From Patescibacteria group bacterium (lineage in GTDB: Bacteria; Patescibacteriota; Patescibacteriia; 2-02-FULL-49-11): DNA of 64,000 nt. Every line of letters begins with the position of its first letter. Positions within the stretch are counted from its first letter, which is position 1. Shown piece by piece: positions 27,832 to 37,076 of this stretch. Under the pieces are notes generated by a model. It was given only the letters and a program-made list of their open reading frames with translations. It searched no databases and was not told where the DNA came from. Both the position numbers and the translations under genes were made by a program. The stretch spans positions 8,318-72,317 of the forward strand of contig JBAZQN010000007.1 of NCBI GenBank assembly GCA_041645165.1, read 5' to 3'.

Positions 27832-28950
27832 TCATGCAAGCACTGCATTACGCGATAAAACATTTACGATGCCGTGATCCGCGTCAACCTCGACCAAATC
27901 TCCCTGTTGCAGTATGGAGGTTGCGTTCTGTGTGCCGACAATGCACGGTTTCTTCAATTCCCGGCAAATAATCGCCGCATGGGTGAGTACGCCGCCAAGA
28001 TCAGTCACTACCGCGATTGCCTGCGTGATGAGGGTGATGTACTCTGGCGTGGTCATAGTGCACACCAACACTTCATTCTCTTTAAATATTCCTTCCTGCA
28101 CGCGCGCTTCAGGCACGATGCGCACGCGGCCTTGCACGACCCCTCCATGCCCTATGTGGCCCTTGAGTGTAGCTTTAACCCCTACGTCAACATGATGGTG
28201 CAGAATCTGGAATTCGCTGTAGAGCGATCCCAACAGCCTATTATAATCAAGAAACCATATCCCGGATTCCTCCACGGTCACGGTTTCAAAATAACCCTGC
28301 AAATAATTATTTGAAAATAAAGCTCCCAATTTCTGTTGCAGCACATCCTGGATATGCCTCTCTTCTACCAAAAGGTGCTTCATGATAGCCAGCAAATGCT
28401 GCTGCGCCTCCTGATCATCTCCGCTTAATGTCCACTCACGCCAATCAAAAGAGAATGTGAGAGGCACCTGTTCAGCGTAAAACCCCTGCGTGAGCTGATA
28501 GTGGCCTCCGCGAATGATTTCTCCGCAAATACCATATGCATTGACGACGAAAATGGTTGACCACAGCGTGGTTTTATGGGAAACAAAATCTGCCCTGTAG
28601 TTCACCGGTTCAATCTGCTGCGCATGGAACCATGCCACGGCCTCTTTTACCGTATGCCCCCGCATGCGCAGCTTAGGCAAAGAAGGGTCAAGGGGAATGA
28701 GCCTTAACGCGCATAGTTCGTCACCCCGCGCGGCAAAGAATTCCTGAAATAGGGCGCTCTGCGAAGCAATATCCATTGCCGAAAATTGCACAGGCCTGTC
28801 AAAGGGAAGCCCGATCACTTCATTGAGCACCTTCATCCGTTCACGCTTTTCATTGTCTTCCTCGCGGAAAGCCCTTGCCTTTTCATGGCCGATTTTCTCC
28901 AGCCATTCCGTCAAAGAAATCTGCGTCTGGTAAAGTTTCGTAATATCCAT
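27832..28950 (-). CDS. Protein with a C-terminal PEP-utilising phosphohistidine (swivel) domain
   Basis: VLVC.MTTP, VTDLGGVLTHAAIICRE..KPCIVG. Confidence 0.8.
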   Translation of the reverse strand: MDITKLYQTQISLTEWLEKIGHEKARAFREEDNEKRERMKVLNEVIGLPFDRPVQFSAMDIASQSALFQEFFAARGDELCALRLIPLDPSLPKLRMRGHTVKEAVAWFHAQQIEPVNYRADFVSHKTTLWSTIFVVNAYGICGEIIRGGHYQLTQGFYAEQVPLTFSFDWREWTLSGDDQEAQQHLLAIMKHLLVEERHIQDVLQQKLGALFSNNYLQGYFETVTVEESGIWFLDYNRLLGSLYSEFQILHHHVDVGVKATLKGHIGHGGVVQGRVRIVPEARVQEGIFKENEVLVCTMTTPEYITLITQAIAVVTDLGGVLTHAAIICRELKKPCIVGTQNATSILQQGDLVEVDADHGIVNVLSRNAVLA

Positions 28951-29001
28951 ATAGCCTTATGCCTATCTTCTCTAATTCATTTTACCTCCAATGATAAAGT
29001 C

Positions 29002-29060
29002 TTGACAAGAAAATATACAGCCGCTATACTTGTGCTACTGTGCTAATACAGTGAAACACT
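29002..29060 (+). promoter_or_regulatory. Sigma-70 promoter and candidate YerC/HisR operator
   Basis: TTGACA (29002)-N17-TATACT (29025); downstream ACTGT-N6-ACAGT palindrome with 8-bp TGTGCTA repeats. Confidence 0.65.
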
Positions 29061-29063
29061 ACT

Positions 29064-29348
29064 ATGGAACAACAGCTCTCGACAAAACAGGCCAATGACC
29101 TTTTTGACGCAATATTATCGCTCAAATCAGCCAAAGAATGCAAAGCATTTCTTAGGGATCTCTGCACTCTGTCTGAAATTGAGGCGATGATAGAACGTTT
29201 ACATGTTGCCAAAATGGTTAAAAGTGACATACCATACCGTGAAATTAGCGCTAAAACCGGTTCAAGTACCGCTACCGTCACCCGTGTGGCCCATTGGTTT
29301 CATCATGGGATGGGTGGCTATGGGCTTGTGCTTGACCGCGTGAAATAA
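29064..29348 (+). CDS. yerC: TrpR-like YerC/YecD (HisR-type) regulator
   Basis: LF.AILSL....EC..FL.DLCT..E...M..R, YREI...TG.STAT.TRV. Confidence 0.9.
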   Translation: MEQQLSTKQANDLFDAILSLKSAKECKAFLRDLCTLSEIEAMIERLHVAKMVKSDIPYREISAKTGSSTATVTRVAHWFHHGMGGYGLVLDRVK

Positions 29349-29374
29349 ACTGCATCAAACACTTGCGTCCAGTC

Positions 29375-29404
29375 ACCCGTTTAAAAAACGGGTTTTTTAT
29401 TTTA
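29375..29404 (+). terminator. Terminator-like hairpin between yerC and hisS
   Basis: acccgttt-aaa-aaacgggt followed by a T run. Confidence 0.55.
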
Positions 29405-29423
29405 TTCACCTAATTTTTGCCTT

Positions 29424-30713
29424 ATGAACAAAATCCAACCAACGATTCTCAAAGGAACCCGCGATGTGCTCCCTCCGCAAATGATACAGCGCAATGCGGT
29501 CATGGAAACCATGCGTAAGACTTTTGAAAGTTTCGGATATGCACCGATTGAAACGCCGATAATTTGCCCTGCGGAGACCATTTTGGGCAAATATGGCGAA
29601 GAAGGAGACCGGCTCACCTATTCATTCAAAGACCGAGGGGGAAGGCTCATCGCGTTGCCATATGATTTGACGGTGCCCTTCGCGCGTTTTTTCGCGGCAA
29701 ATTATCAAAAATTGCCTTTTCCTTTCAAGCGCTACCAAATGCAGCGTGTGTGGAGAGCGGAAAAACCGCAAAAAGGTCGCCTGCGCGAATTTTACCAGTG
29801 CGATATTGACATCATCGGATCAAAAAGCCTGATCTGTGAAGCAGAAATTGTCAAAATTATCGCGGTAGTATTTGAAAAACTGGGAATTCGAAACATCGTG
29901 ATCAAGGCGAACTCAAGACGGCTGATGAATGCAATATTGCAGTCTTATGGCATTGATCAAGACAATGCGGTATCAGTCATTCGCATAATCGACAAAATGA
30001 CAAAAATCGGGAAGGATTCTGTAATATCAGAATTGAAAAAAATGGGGGTAAACGACGCCGAAAAAATAATCAAAACGCTTTCTCCTGAAGATACAAACGC
30101 AAACACGCTGAAAAAACTAGCCGCGTACGACAGCTCCTCTTTGGAAGAATTTTTAGCTTACTGTAATACCCTTGGCGTACCTGAAAAATGCCTCCAAATT
30201 GATCCGACGCTGGCGAGAGGGCTCGATTACTATACTGGGCTTACCTTTGAGGCGGTGAGCGAGAATACGGATTTCGGATCAATATGCGCCGGCGGCCGTT
30301 ATGACGATCTCTGCGGCATTTTCTCTGATAAAAACTTTTCCGGAGTCGGCGTCGCGTTCGGTTTTGAACGGATCATGCTATTGCTCGAACAACTGCGGCT
30401 TTTACCCAACGGCAGCGCACCGTCGCAAGTTCTCGTGACTATTTTTGATAAAAATTCAATCCAAGAAGCGCTGCAGATTTATAACAGGCTCATTGAAGCC
30501 GGCGTCGCGGCGGAAATTTACTTTGAACCTGAAAAGCTGTCAAAACAATTCAAATTCGCGGATAAAAAACAAATTCCGTTTGTGCTTATTCAGGGGCCTG
30601 ATGAGAGGGGAAAAAGTGAAATTACCGTCAAACGAATGCAAAACGGAAAACAGAAAACTTTGCCGGTAAGCCAATTAATTTCCTATCTAGGAAATTTCTA
30701 TGAAACGAAATAA
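29424..30713 (+). CDS. hisS: Histidine--tRNA ligase
   Basis: KGTRD, YDLTVPFAR, WRAEKPQKGR.REFYQCDIDIIG, LARGLDYYTG, GGRYD and a C-terminal anticodon-binding domain. Confidence 0.93.
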   Translation: MNKIQPTILKGTRDVLPPQMIQRNAVMETMRKTFESFGYAPIETPIICPAETILGKYGEEGDRLTYSFKDRGGRLIALPYDLTVPFARFFAANYQKLPFPFKRYQMQRVWRAEKPQKGRLREFYQCDIDIIGSKSLICEAEIVKIIAVVFEKLGIRNIVIKANSRRLMNAILQSYGIDQDNAVSVIRIIDKMTKIGKDSVISELKKMGVNDAEKIIKTLSPEDTNANTLKKLAAYDSSSLEEFLAYCNTLGVPEKCLQIDPTLARGLDYYTGLTFEAVSENTDFGSICAGGRYDDLCGIFSDKNFSGVGVAFGFERIMLLLEQLRLLPNGSAPSQVLVTIFDKNSIQEALQIYNRLIEAGVAAEIYFEPEKLSKQFKFADKKQIPFVLIQGPDERGKSEITVKRMQNGKQKTLPVSQLISYLGNFYETK

Positions 30714-31320
30714 TATCAGGATCGCAATTCAGAAAGAAGGGCGGCTTAAAAACCCGAGTCTTGAGTTTCTTGAATCTTTAGGCCTTCAATTTTCCAAAGC
30801 CAGCGGCAGAACGCTTGTCGTGCCCTGCGAGAACGTTGATGTCGAAATTTTGTATGTGCGACACAGCGATATACCGCAGTATCTCCAGAGCGGAGCGGCT
30901 GATTTTGCCGTTGTCGGCGGCAATGTGCTGTATGAAAATAATTTTAACATAAGAGAAATAAAACAACTGGATTTTGGCATATGCAGTTTGGTGATCGCCA
31001 TACCAATCGACTCTCCCATTCAAAAAACACAGGAGCTTGAAGGAGAACGTATCGCAACGTCTTATCCAAACAGCTTGCGCAAATTTTTACAAAAACAAAA
31101 AATCAATGCGTCCATCATTGAAATAACGGGCTCCGTTGAAGTTGCGCCCGCGTTGGGGCTTGCAGATGCGATTTGCGATCTTACACAGACAGGGAATACG
31201 CTCAAAGAAAACGCTCTGAAACCGATAGAAACATTATTTGATTCTATGGCTGTATTCATTGCGTCGCCGTTTGAAAGCAGGCAGAAGAGTGGATTTATCA
31301 ATAAATTTTTAACCCAATAA
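30700..31320 (+). CDS. hisG: ATP phosphoribosyltransferase (206 aa, no C-terminal regulatory domain)
   Basis: IAIQK.GRL, VR..DIP, IATSYP, GSVEVAP.LGLADAICDL..TG.TL..N.L. Confidence 0.95.
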   Translation: MKRNNIRIAIQKEGRLKNPSLEFLESLGLQFSKASGRTLVVPCENVDVEILYVRHSDIPQYLQSGAADFAVVGGNVLYENNFNIREIKQLDFGICSLVIAIPIDSPIQKTQELEGERIATSYPNSLRKFLQKQKINASIIEITGSVEVAPALGLADAICDLTQTGNTLKENALKPIETLFDSMAVFIASPFESRQKSGFINKFLTQ

Positions 31321-31322
31321 AT

Positions 31323-31577
31323 ATGATTGAACTAATTGGATACACAGCAGCATTTCTTACGGCATCTGTTATGATACCTCAAATTGCTAGATCAATTCGC
31401 ACGAAAAGCGTTGGAGATATCTCGTTTATGATGTTGGCTTTATACATTACAAATACAGGATTATGGGTAACTTATGGCGTTCTCATAGGGGCTGGACCTG
31501 TTGTCGTAGCAGATAGTTTTGCTTGCTGTGCTGGAATTACACAATTAATTATAAAATTAAAATACAATAAATTATGA
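31323..31577 (+). CDS. SemiSWEET / PQ-loop family transporter
   Basis: IG..AA.LT....IPQI....RTKS..DIS...LW..YG; three TM helices. Confidence 0.85.
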   Translation: MIELIGYTAAFLTASVMIPQIARSIRTKSVGDISFMMLALYITNTGLWVTYGVLIGAGPVVVADSFACCAGITQLIIKLKYNKL

Positions 31578-32860
31578 AAAAATATTACTTCAAGCAACTT
31601 GACGACGTCTTATTAAAAAACCTTTGCGAAAGAAAGGCAATCCGTTTTGATGACGTTTTGCCCGTTGTTAAAAACATACTGGATAAAGTAAAAAATAATG
31701 GCGATGAAGCTGTGGGTGAATTTACGCAAAAATTCGACAAAGTTCACCTTTCGTCTCTCGCCGTAACTCAACAGGAAATTGATCGGGCTTGCAAGCGCAT
31801 TCCGACAAACATTCAAAATGCTTTCGCACAAGCGGCGCGTAATATTGAGAAATTTCACAAATCACAATTGGTTAAACGGATAAAAGTGGAAACAGCAGCG
31901 GGGGTTACCTGTTTTACAGAGACGAGGCCGATTGAAAAAGTCGGATTATACATTCCGGGCGGCACCGCTTCCCTGCCTTCCACAGTGCTCATGCTTGCAA
32001 TTCCTGCAAAGCTGGCGGGATGCGGGGAAATCGTGCTGGTGACCCCGCCCGCTAAAGACGGAAACGTCCCCGATGTTATATTATTCGCCGCCACGCTATG
32101 CGGAATTGCGCGAATCTATAAAATTGGCGGCGCACAAGCTATTGCGGCGCTTGCGTTCGGCACGGAAAGTATACCAAAGGTGTACAAAATTTTCGGTCCT
32201 GGCAATCAGTACGTCACCGCTGCAAAGATGCTTGTTTCCATCGATCCTGAAGGCGCTGCTATTGATATGCCCGCGGGCCCGACGGAGGTGCTGGTGATTG
32301 CCGATGAAAGCGCGCGAGCCGATTTTGTGGCAGGCGATCTTTTGGCGCAAGCGGAGCACGGTGCTGATTCGCAGGCGATACTCATTGCCACTTCCGACAA
32401 GAAAGCTGACGAGGTTTCAGATGAAGCGTATCGGCAACTACAAACCCTGCCGCGAAAAGAGACTGCTCAAAAATCTTTGAAAAACAGCTTCGCCATCATT
32501 GTCAATTCTATGAATGAGGCCCTTGCATTCTCCAACAGATATGCGCCGGAACACCTTATCTTGAATGTGAAAAACGCCTTCAGGTACGTGCCAAAAGTGG
32601 AAAGCGCCGGTTCCGTATTTTTAGGTCCGTACTCCTGTGAATCAGCCGGGGATTATGCAAGCGGTGCCAATCACACGTTGCCGACGTATGCGCGAGCCCG
32701 CGCCTCCGGAGGCGTCTCGGTAAGTAGTTTTCAAAAACAAATAACCTTTCAAAAAGTGACGAAGCAAGGCGCGAAAAATATAAACCCTCTCGTGTCCACC
32801 ATGGCCGGTCAAGAATCGCTTGAGGGGCACAAAAGAGCCATGCAATTGCGTTTAGAATGA
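31574..32860 (+). CDS. hisD: Histidinol dehydrogenase
   Basis: GLYIPGG, GGAQAIAALA.GT, GPGNQYV, IDMPAGP.E, QAEH, GDYASG.NH.LPT. Confidence 0.97.
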   Translation: MKKYYFKQLDDVLLKNLCERKAIRFDDVLPVVKNILDKVKNNGDEAVGEFTQKFDKVHLSSLAVTQQEIDRACKRIPTNIQNAFAQAARNIEKFHKSQLVKRIKVETAAGVTCFTETRPIEKVGLYIPGGTASLPSTVLMLAIPAKLAGCGEIVLVTPPAKDGNVPDVILFAATLCGIARIYKIGGAQAIAALAFGTESIPKVYKIFGPGNQYVTAAKMLVSIDPEGAAIDMPAGPTEVLVIADESARADFVAGDLLAQAEHGADSQAILIATSDKKADEVSDEAYRQLQTLPRKETAQKSLKNSFAIIVNSMNEALAFSNRYAPEHLILNVKNAFRYVPKVESAGSVFLGPYSCESAGDYASGANHTLPTYARARASGGVSVSSFQKQITFQKVTKQGAKNINPLVSTMAGQESLEGHKRAMQLRLE

Positions 32861-32870
32861 CTGTTATAAT

Positions 32871-34436
32871 ATGAGGAATCTCGCACTGGATAGAATCCGA
32901 AAGATGAAACCGTATATACCACCATTAGACGGCCGATTTATGTATGGTGGAATGCTGCTGGATTTCAGTGAGAACACATTATCATCCCGAAGTAAGGTCG
33001 CTCAAGCACTGAATAAATTTGTGAAGGAGAGAAAACTGCATATCTATCCCGAGTATTATAATTTGGAAGAAATAATCGCAAACTACGCGGGAGTGAATGC
33101 AAATCAGATAATGATCACCAACGGTTCCGACCAAGGAATTGACGTTATCTTTCGCACATTCACCGATAAGGGGAGCAAGGTCATCATTCCGCGCCCCAGC
33201 TTCGCCATGTTTTACCAATGCGCCCAAGTGGTCGGTAATGAAGTGGTGCGCCCCGCATATCGAGAGGAAGATCTTTCATTTCCGTTGGATGAAGTGCTTA
33301 ATTCGATTGATGACGAGGTAAGGCTCGTGGTGGTGTGCAATCCCAACAATCCTACGGGTACCGCCGTATCCGTTGCCGACATTGCAAAAATCGCACGTAA
33401 GGCGAAGGAGGCGATCATTTACGTCGATGAGGCATATTTTGAATTTTCAAAGATCACCGCTCTGCCACTCATTAATAGATTTCCTAACATCGTCATCACG
33501 AGGACTTTTTCGAAAGCATTCGGTCTCGCCTCCATGAGAATCGGCTACGTCATTGCAAGAAAAGAATATATATCCGAAATGCTGAAAGTGCGCGGTCCTT
33601 TTGATATCAATATGGCCGCGTACTATACCGCCAGTGCCGCACTTGAGGAGAAACAAAATATGCAACGTTACGTTGATGAAGTCATGCAGCGCGCAAAACC
33701 GTTTGTGGAAAAATTCTTTTCCCAAAATGCCATACCATATTTCTCCTCTTGTGCAAATTTTATTCTGTTTCGTCCAGACAATCCCGCCCGCGTCATGACA
33801 CAACTTCGTAGGGGCGGTGCGCTGGTGAGACCGCAAACTCAAAAAGGGGTGGAAAACACTTTACGGGTAAGCATTGGCACCGCTGATCAAATGCAGAAAT
33901 TCGTGGAGATTTATAAAAAATTCGTTCTGAGCAACTCTCAACAAAAATATGCATTTCTTGATCGTGACGGCACACTGATATATGAACCACAAACCACGTA
34001 TCAAATCGACAGTGTAAGGAAACTAAAAATCCTTGACGGCGCGATAAAAGGACTGCAAGAACTGCAAAAAAGGGGTTATTCATTAATAATGATTTCCAAC
34101 CAGGACGGCTTGGGCACCTCGTCATTCCCTCGTAAGAATTTTAAAGCTCCACAAGAGAAGATGCTGAATATTTTCCGCAAAAAGGGAATAACTTTTGAAC
34201 GGATATTCATCTGCCCTCACCTGCCGCATGAGGCGTGTACTTGCCGGAAACCAAAAATGGGACTGGTGGATGCGTATTTGAGGAACTCAAATTTTGATAA
34301 AAACCTGTCATTGGTGTGCGGAGACAGAAAAAGCGACCGGCAGTTCGCAAAAAATATCGGCCTTACATTCGTCTTTATGGAGACGAACGGCAATTTTTAC
34401 GAAGCAATTAAATCAGTGCTAACCGAATCTCTATGA
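32871..34436 (+). CDS. hisC: Fused histidinol-phosphate aminotransferase and histidinol-phosphatase (HisB N-domain type)
   Basis: NGSD, CNPNNPTG, DEAY and RTFSKAFGLA, then FLDRDGTLI, SNQDGLG and CPH....C.CRKP. Confidence 0.92.
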   Translation: MRNLALDRIRKMKPYIPPLDGRFMYGGMLLDFSENTLSSRSKVAQALNKFVKERKLHIYPEYYNLEEIIANYAGVNANQIMITNGSDQGIDVIFRTFTDKGSKVIIPRPSFAMFYQCAQVVGNEVVRPAYREEDLSFPLDEVLNSIDDEVRLVVVCNPNNPTGTAVSVADIAKIARKAKEAIIYVDEAYFEFSKITALPLINRFPNIVITRTFSKAFGLASMRIGYVIARKEYISEMLKVRGPFDINMAAYYTASAALEEKQNMQRYVDEVMQRAKPFVEKFFSQNAIPYFSSCANFILFRPDNPARVMTQLRRGGALVRPQTQKGVENTLRVSIGTADQMQKFVEIYKKFVLSNSQQKYAFLDRDGTLIYEPQTTYQIDSVRKLKILDGAIKGLQELQKRGYSLIMISNQDGLGTSSFPRKNFKAPQEKMLNIFRKKGITFERIFICPHLPHEACTCRKPKMGLVDAYLRNSNFDKNLSLVCGDRKSDRQFAKNIGLTFVFMETNGNFYEAIKSVLTESL

Positions 34437-35023
34437 AATCAAGAACGGCAACAATCAGGCGCAAGACGATGGAAACGGATATAACTGTAAATGTGAATCT
34501 CGACGGTACGGGCAAATACCGGGTGGATACCGGCATCGGCTTCCTGAATCACATGCTGGAGCTTTTTTCCAAGCATTCATTGATAGATCTCACCCTGAAA
34601 GCGAAAGGCGATGCGAAGGTGGATGAACACCACACTATTGAGGACGTCGGCATCTGTCTCGGCAAGGCGCTGCGCAAGGCTTTAGGGGATAAGAAAGGCA
34701 TTGAGCGGTATGGATTTCTGCTGCCGATGGACGAAGCTCTGACCGAAGCCGCAATTGATTTGGGCGGAAGGCCTTATCTTGTGTGGAACGTTTCTTTTAA
34801 GCGGGAAATGATCGGAGACATGCCGACAGAGCTTTTCGAGGATTTCTTCAAGGCAGTGGCCGATAACCTTCAAGCGAATATCCACCTCAATGTAAAATAC
34901 GGCAGGAATGAACACCACATCGCGGAAAGCGTCTTTAAGGCGCTCGCAAGATGCTTGAGGTCTGCAGTGAGCCGCCAAACTCGCACGAAAAAACTATTAC
35001 CCTCTACCAAAGGAAAACTATGA
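34433..35023 (+). CDS. hisB: Imidazoleglycerol-phosphate dehydratase
   Basis: TGIGFL.HML, DEHHTIED, PMDE, N.HH.AE..FKA. Confidence 0.97.
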   Translation: MKSRTATIRRKTMETDITVNVNLDGTGKYRVDTGIGFLNHMLELFSKHSLIDLTLKAKGDAKVDEHHTIEDVGICLGKALRKALGDKKGIERYGFLLPMDEALTEAAIDLGGRPYLVWNVSFKREMIGDMPTELFEDFFKAVADNLQANIHLNVKYGRNEHHIAESVFKALARCLRSAVSRQTRTKKLLPSTKGKL

Positions 35024-35610
35024 TTGCCATAATCAATTACAAGGCCGGCAATGTCGCGTCAGTGAAAAATGCGCTGGAACGGCTGGGGAGCGCGTGCACC
35101 GTCACATCCGATCCGGAGGAAATTCTATCCGCTGATGGCGTGATTTTCCCTGGCCAAGGCAGGGCAGGCGCCGCTCTGTCAGAACTGCAAAAGGCACGCA
35201 TTGATACCGTTATCCCTCGAATCACCAAGCCGTTTTTAGGCATTTGTTTAGGGATGCAGCTCCTTGGACGCTTTTCCGAAGAAGATAACACAAAATGTCT
35301 CGAGGTGTTTCAGGGTATAAGTCGCAAGTTTCCGCCGACGCTCAAAACCCCGCACCTCGGCTGGAATAAAGCAGAACTCACGAAAAAATCCCCCCTCACG
35401 GCGGGTATCACGAACGGATCGTACTTTTATTTCGTGCACTCATATTACATGGATGCTACGGAGGATCAAACGGCGGGGACAACGAGTTATGGTTTTGATT
35501 TCACTTCAATCATGCAAAAAGACAACTTTTTTGCCGTCCAGTTCCACCCAGAAAAATCCGGCGCGCAGGGCTTGCGATTGCTTACTAATTTTTACGAATT
35601 ATGCTTGTAA
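35020..35610 (+). CDS. hisH: Imidazole glycerol phosphate synthase, glutaminase subunit
   Basis: GNV.SV, LGICLGMQ, YFVHSY, QFHPEKSG. Confidence 0.96.
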   Translation: MIAIINYKAGNVASVKNALERLGSACTVTSDPEEILSADGVIFPGQGRAGAALSELQKARIDTVIPRITKPFLGICLGMQLLGRFSEEDNTKCLEVFQGISRKFPPTLKTPHLGWNKAELTKKSPLTAGITNGSYFYFVHSYYMDATEDQTAGTTSYGFDFTSIMQKDNFFAVQFHPEKSGAQGLRLLTNFYELCL

Positions 35611-37076
35611 TACCAGCCATTGATATTGTCGGCGGCAAATGCGTGCGCCTCACGCAGGGCGATTTTGCCAAAAGCACCCTCTACAGCGCGAATCCGGCTG
35701 ATGTCGCGAAAGATTTTGAACGTCAGGGTACGCGATTTCTGCATGTCGTGGATTTGGACGGCGCCAGAACAGGTTTTCCGGTGAATTCGGAAACAATTCT
35801 TTCCATCGCAAAATCGGTCGGCATTCCGATCCAAATCGGAGGAGGAATCCGCTCCTACGATCAGGCACGCGGGTATCTTGAGGGCGGCGTCTCGAAAATC
35901 GTTTTAGGCACCGCGGTTATTGAGAATCCAAAAATGCTAGAGCGCGTGTCCAGGGATTTTGGTAAGTCGCGTGTTACGGTCTCTGTCGACATAAAAGATG
36001 GAAACGCTGCCACTTGCGGGTGGCTGAAAAAGAGCACTGAAACCGCTCCTGCACTCATTGCCGCTCTCAAAAAAATAGGTATTGCGTCCGTGATAGTAAC
36101 CGACACTTCAAAAGACGGCCTGCTCCAGGGTCCGAATTTTGGTTTGACAAAGCTGTTTATTGATGAAGGTTTTGAGACTATCGCGGCCGGAGGCGTGACC
36201 TCTTTATCCGATATTAGGGAGTTTACCAAACTTGGCGCGTATGGCGTTATCGTGGGGAAAGCGATCTATGAAAATAAGATTGATATGCGAAACGCGCAGC
36301 GCGAAGCGGCGTACAAAAGCAGCTTGGCAAAAAGAATAATCCCGTGTTTGGATGTAAAAAATGGACGCGTGGTAAAGGGCACTTATTTTACGAATCTGCG
36401 CGATGCCGGCGATCCCGTTGCATTGGGAAAAAAATATTGCCAGCAAGGAGCCGATGAGCTCATTTTATTGGATATTGCGGCAACGTTAGAAAGCCGCAAA
36501 ACGTTTTGCGATCTGGTATCGGCAATAGCGCGTGAGATAAGCATACCATTTACCGTAGGCGGCGGGATCACCACCATAGAAGACATTCGTAAACTGCTGA
36601 GTGTCGGGGCAGACAAAGTTTCCATCGGGACCGCGGCAGTGAGAAATCCCCGTTTTATCAAAGATGCGGCCGCATATTTTGGTTCGCAATGCATTGTTAT
36701 TTCAATTGACGCAAAAAGGCAGAATGAAGACTTCATAATTTACATAAAGGGCGGGACGGAAAAAACAGAGATGGACGCCGTGGCTTTTTCCAAACAAATG
36801 GCGCAGTATGGCGCCGGCGAGCTTCTGGTAAATAGTTTGGATCGCGACGGGACCCAAAAAGGATTTGATGTTGAGCTGTTAAAAAGAGTTACCGACAGCG
36901 TATCCATACCGGTGATTGCTTCAAGCGGCGCAGGCTCAATGAGGGATTTCTTGACGGTCTTTGAAAAAACAAACGTAGATGCGGCTCTTGGCGCGAGCAT
37001 TTTTCATTCTCAAGAGAAGAGCATCATGGAACTTAAAAGGTTTTTATCCAGCAATAACATACCTATACGCCTATGA
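35601..37076 (+). CDS. hisA: Fused HisA isomerase and HisF cyclase
   Basis: N-half IPAID..G.CVRL.QG, HVVDLDGA, GGGIR; C-half KRIIPCLDV..GRVVKG, GADKVSI, DRDGT..GFD, IASSGAG. Confidence 0.93.
   Translation: MLVIPAIDIVGGKCVRLTQGDFAKSTLYSANPADVAKDFERQGTRFLHVVDLDGARTGFPVNSETILSIAKSVGIPIQIGGGIRSYDQARGYLEGGVSKIVLGTAVIENPKMLERVSRDFGKSRVTVSVDIKDGNAATCGWLKKSTETAPALIAALKKIGIASVIVTDTSKDGLLQGPNFGLTKLFIDEGFETIAAGGVTSLSDIREFTKLGAYGVIVGKAIYENKIDMRNAQREAAYKSSLAKRIIPCLDVKNGRVVKGTYFTNLRDAGDPVALGKKYCQQGADELILLDIAATLESRKTFCDLVSAIAREISIPFTVGGGITTIEDIRKLLSVGADKVSIGTAAVRNPRFIKDAAAYFGSQCIVISIDAKRQNEDFIIYIKGGTEKTEMDAVAFSKQMAQYGAGELLVNSLDRDGTQKGFDVELLKRVTDSVSIPVIASSGAGSMRDFLTVFEKTNVDAALGASIFHSQEKSIMELKRFLSSNNIPIRL

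Noticed and set aside
29424-30713. HisZ
   Set aside because: Retains HisRS motif 2, the histidine-binding motifs and the anticodon-binding domain.
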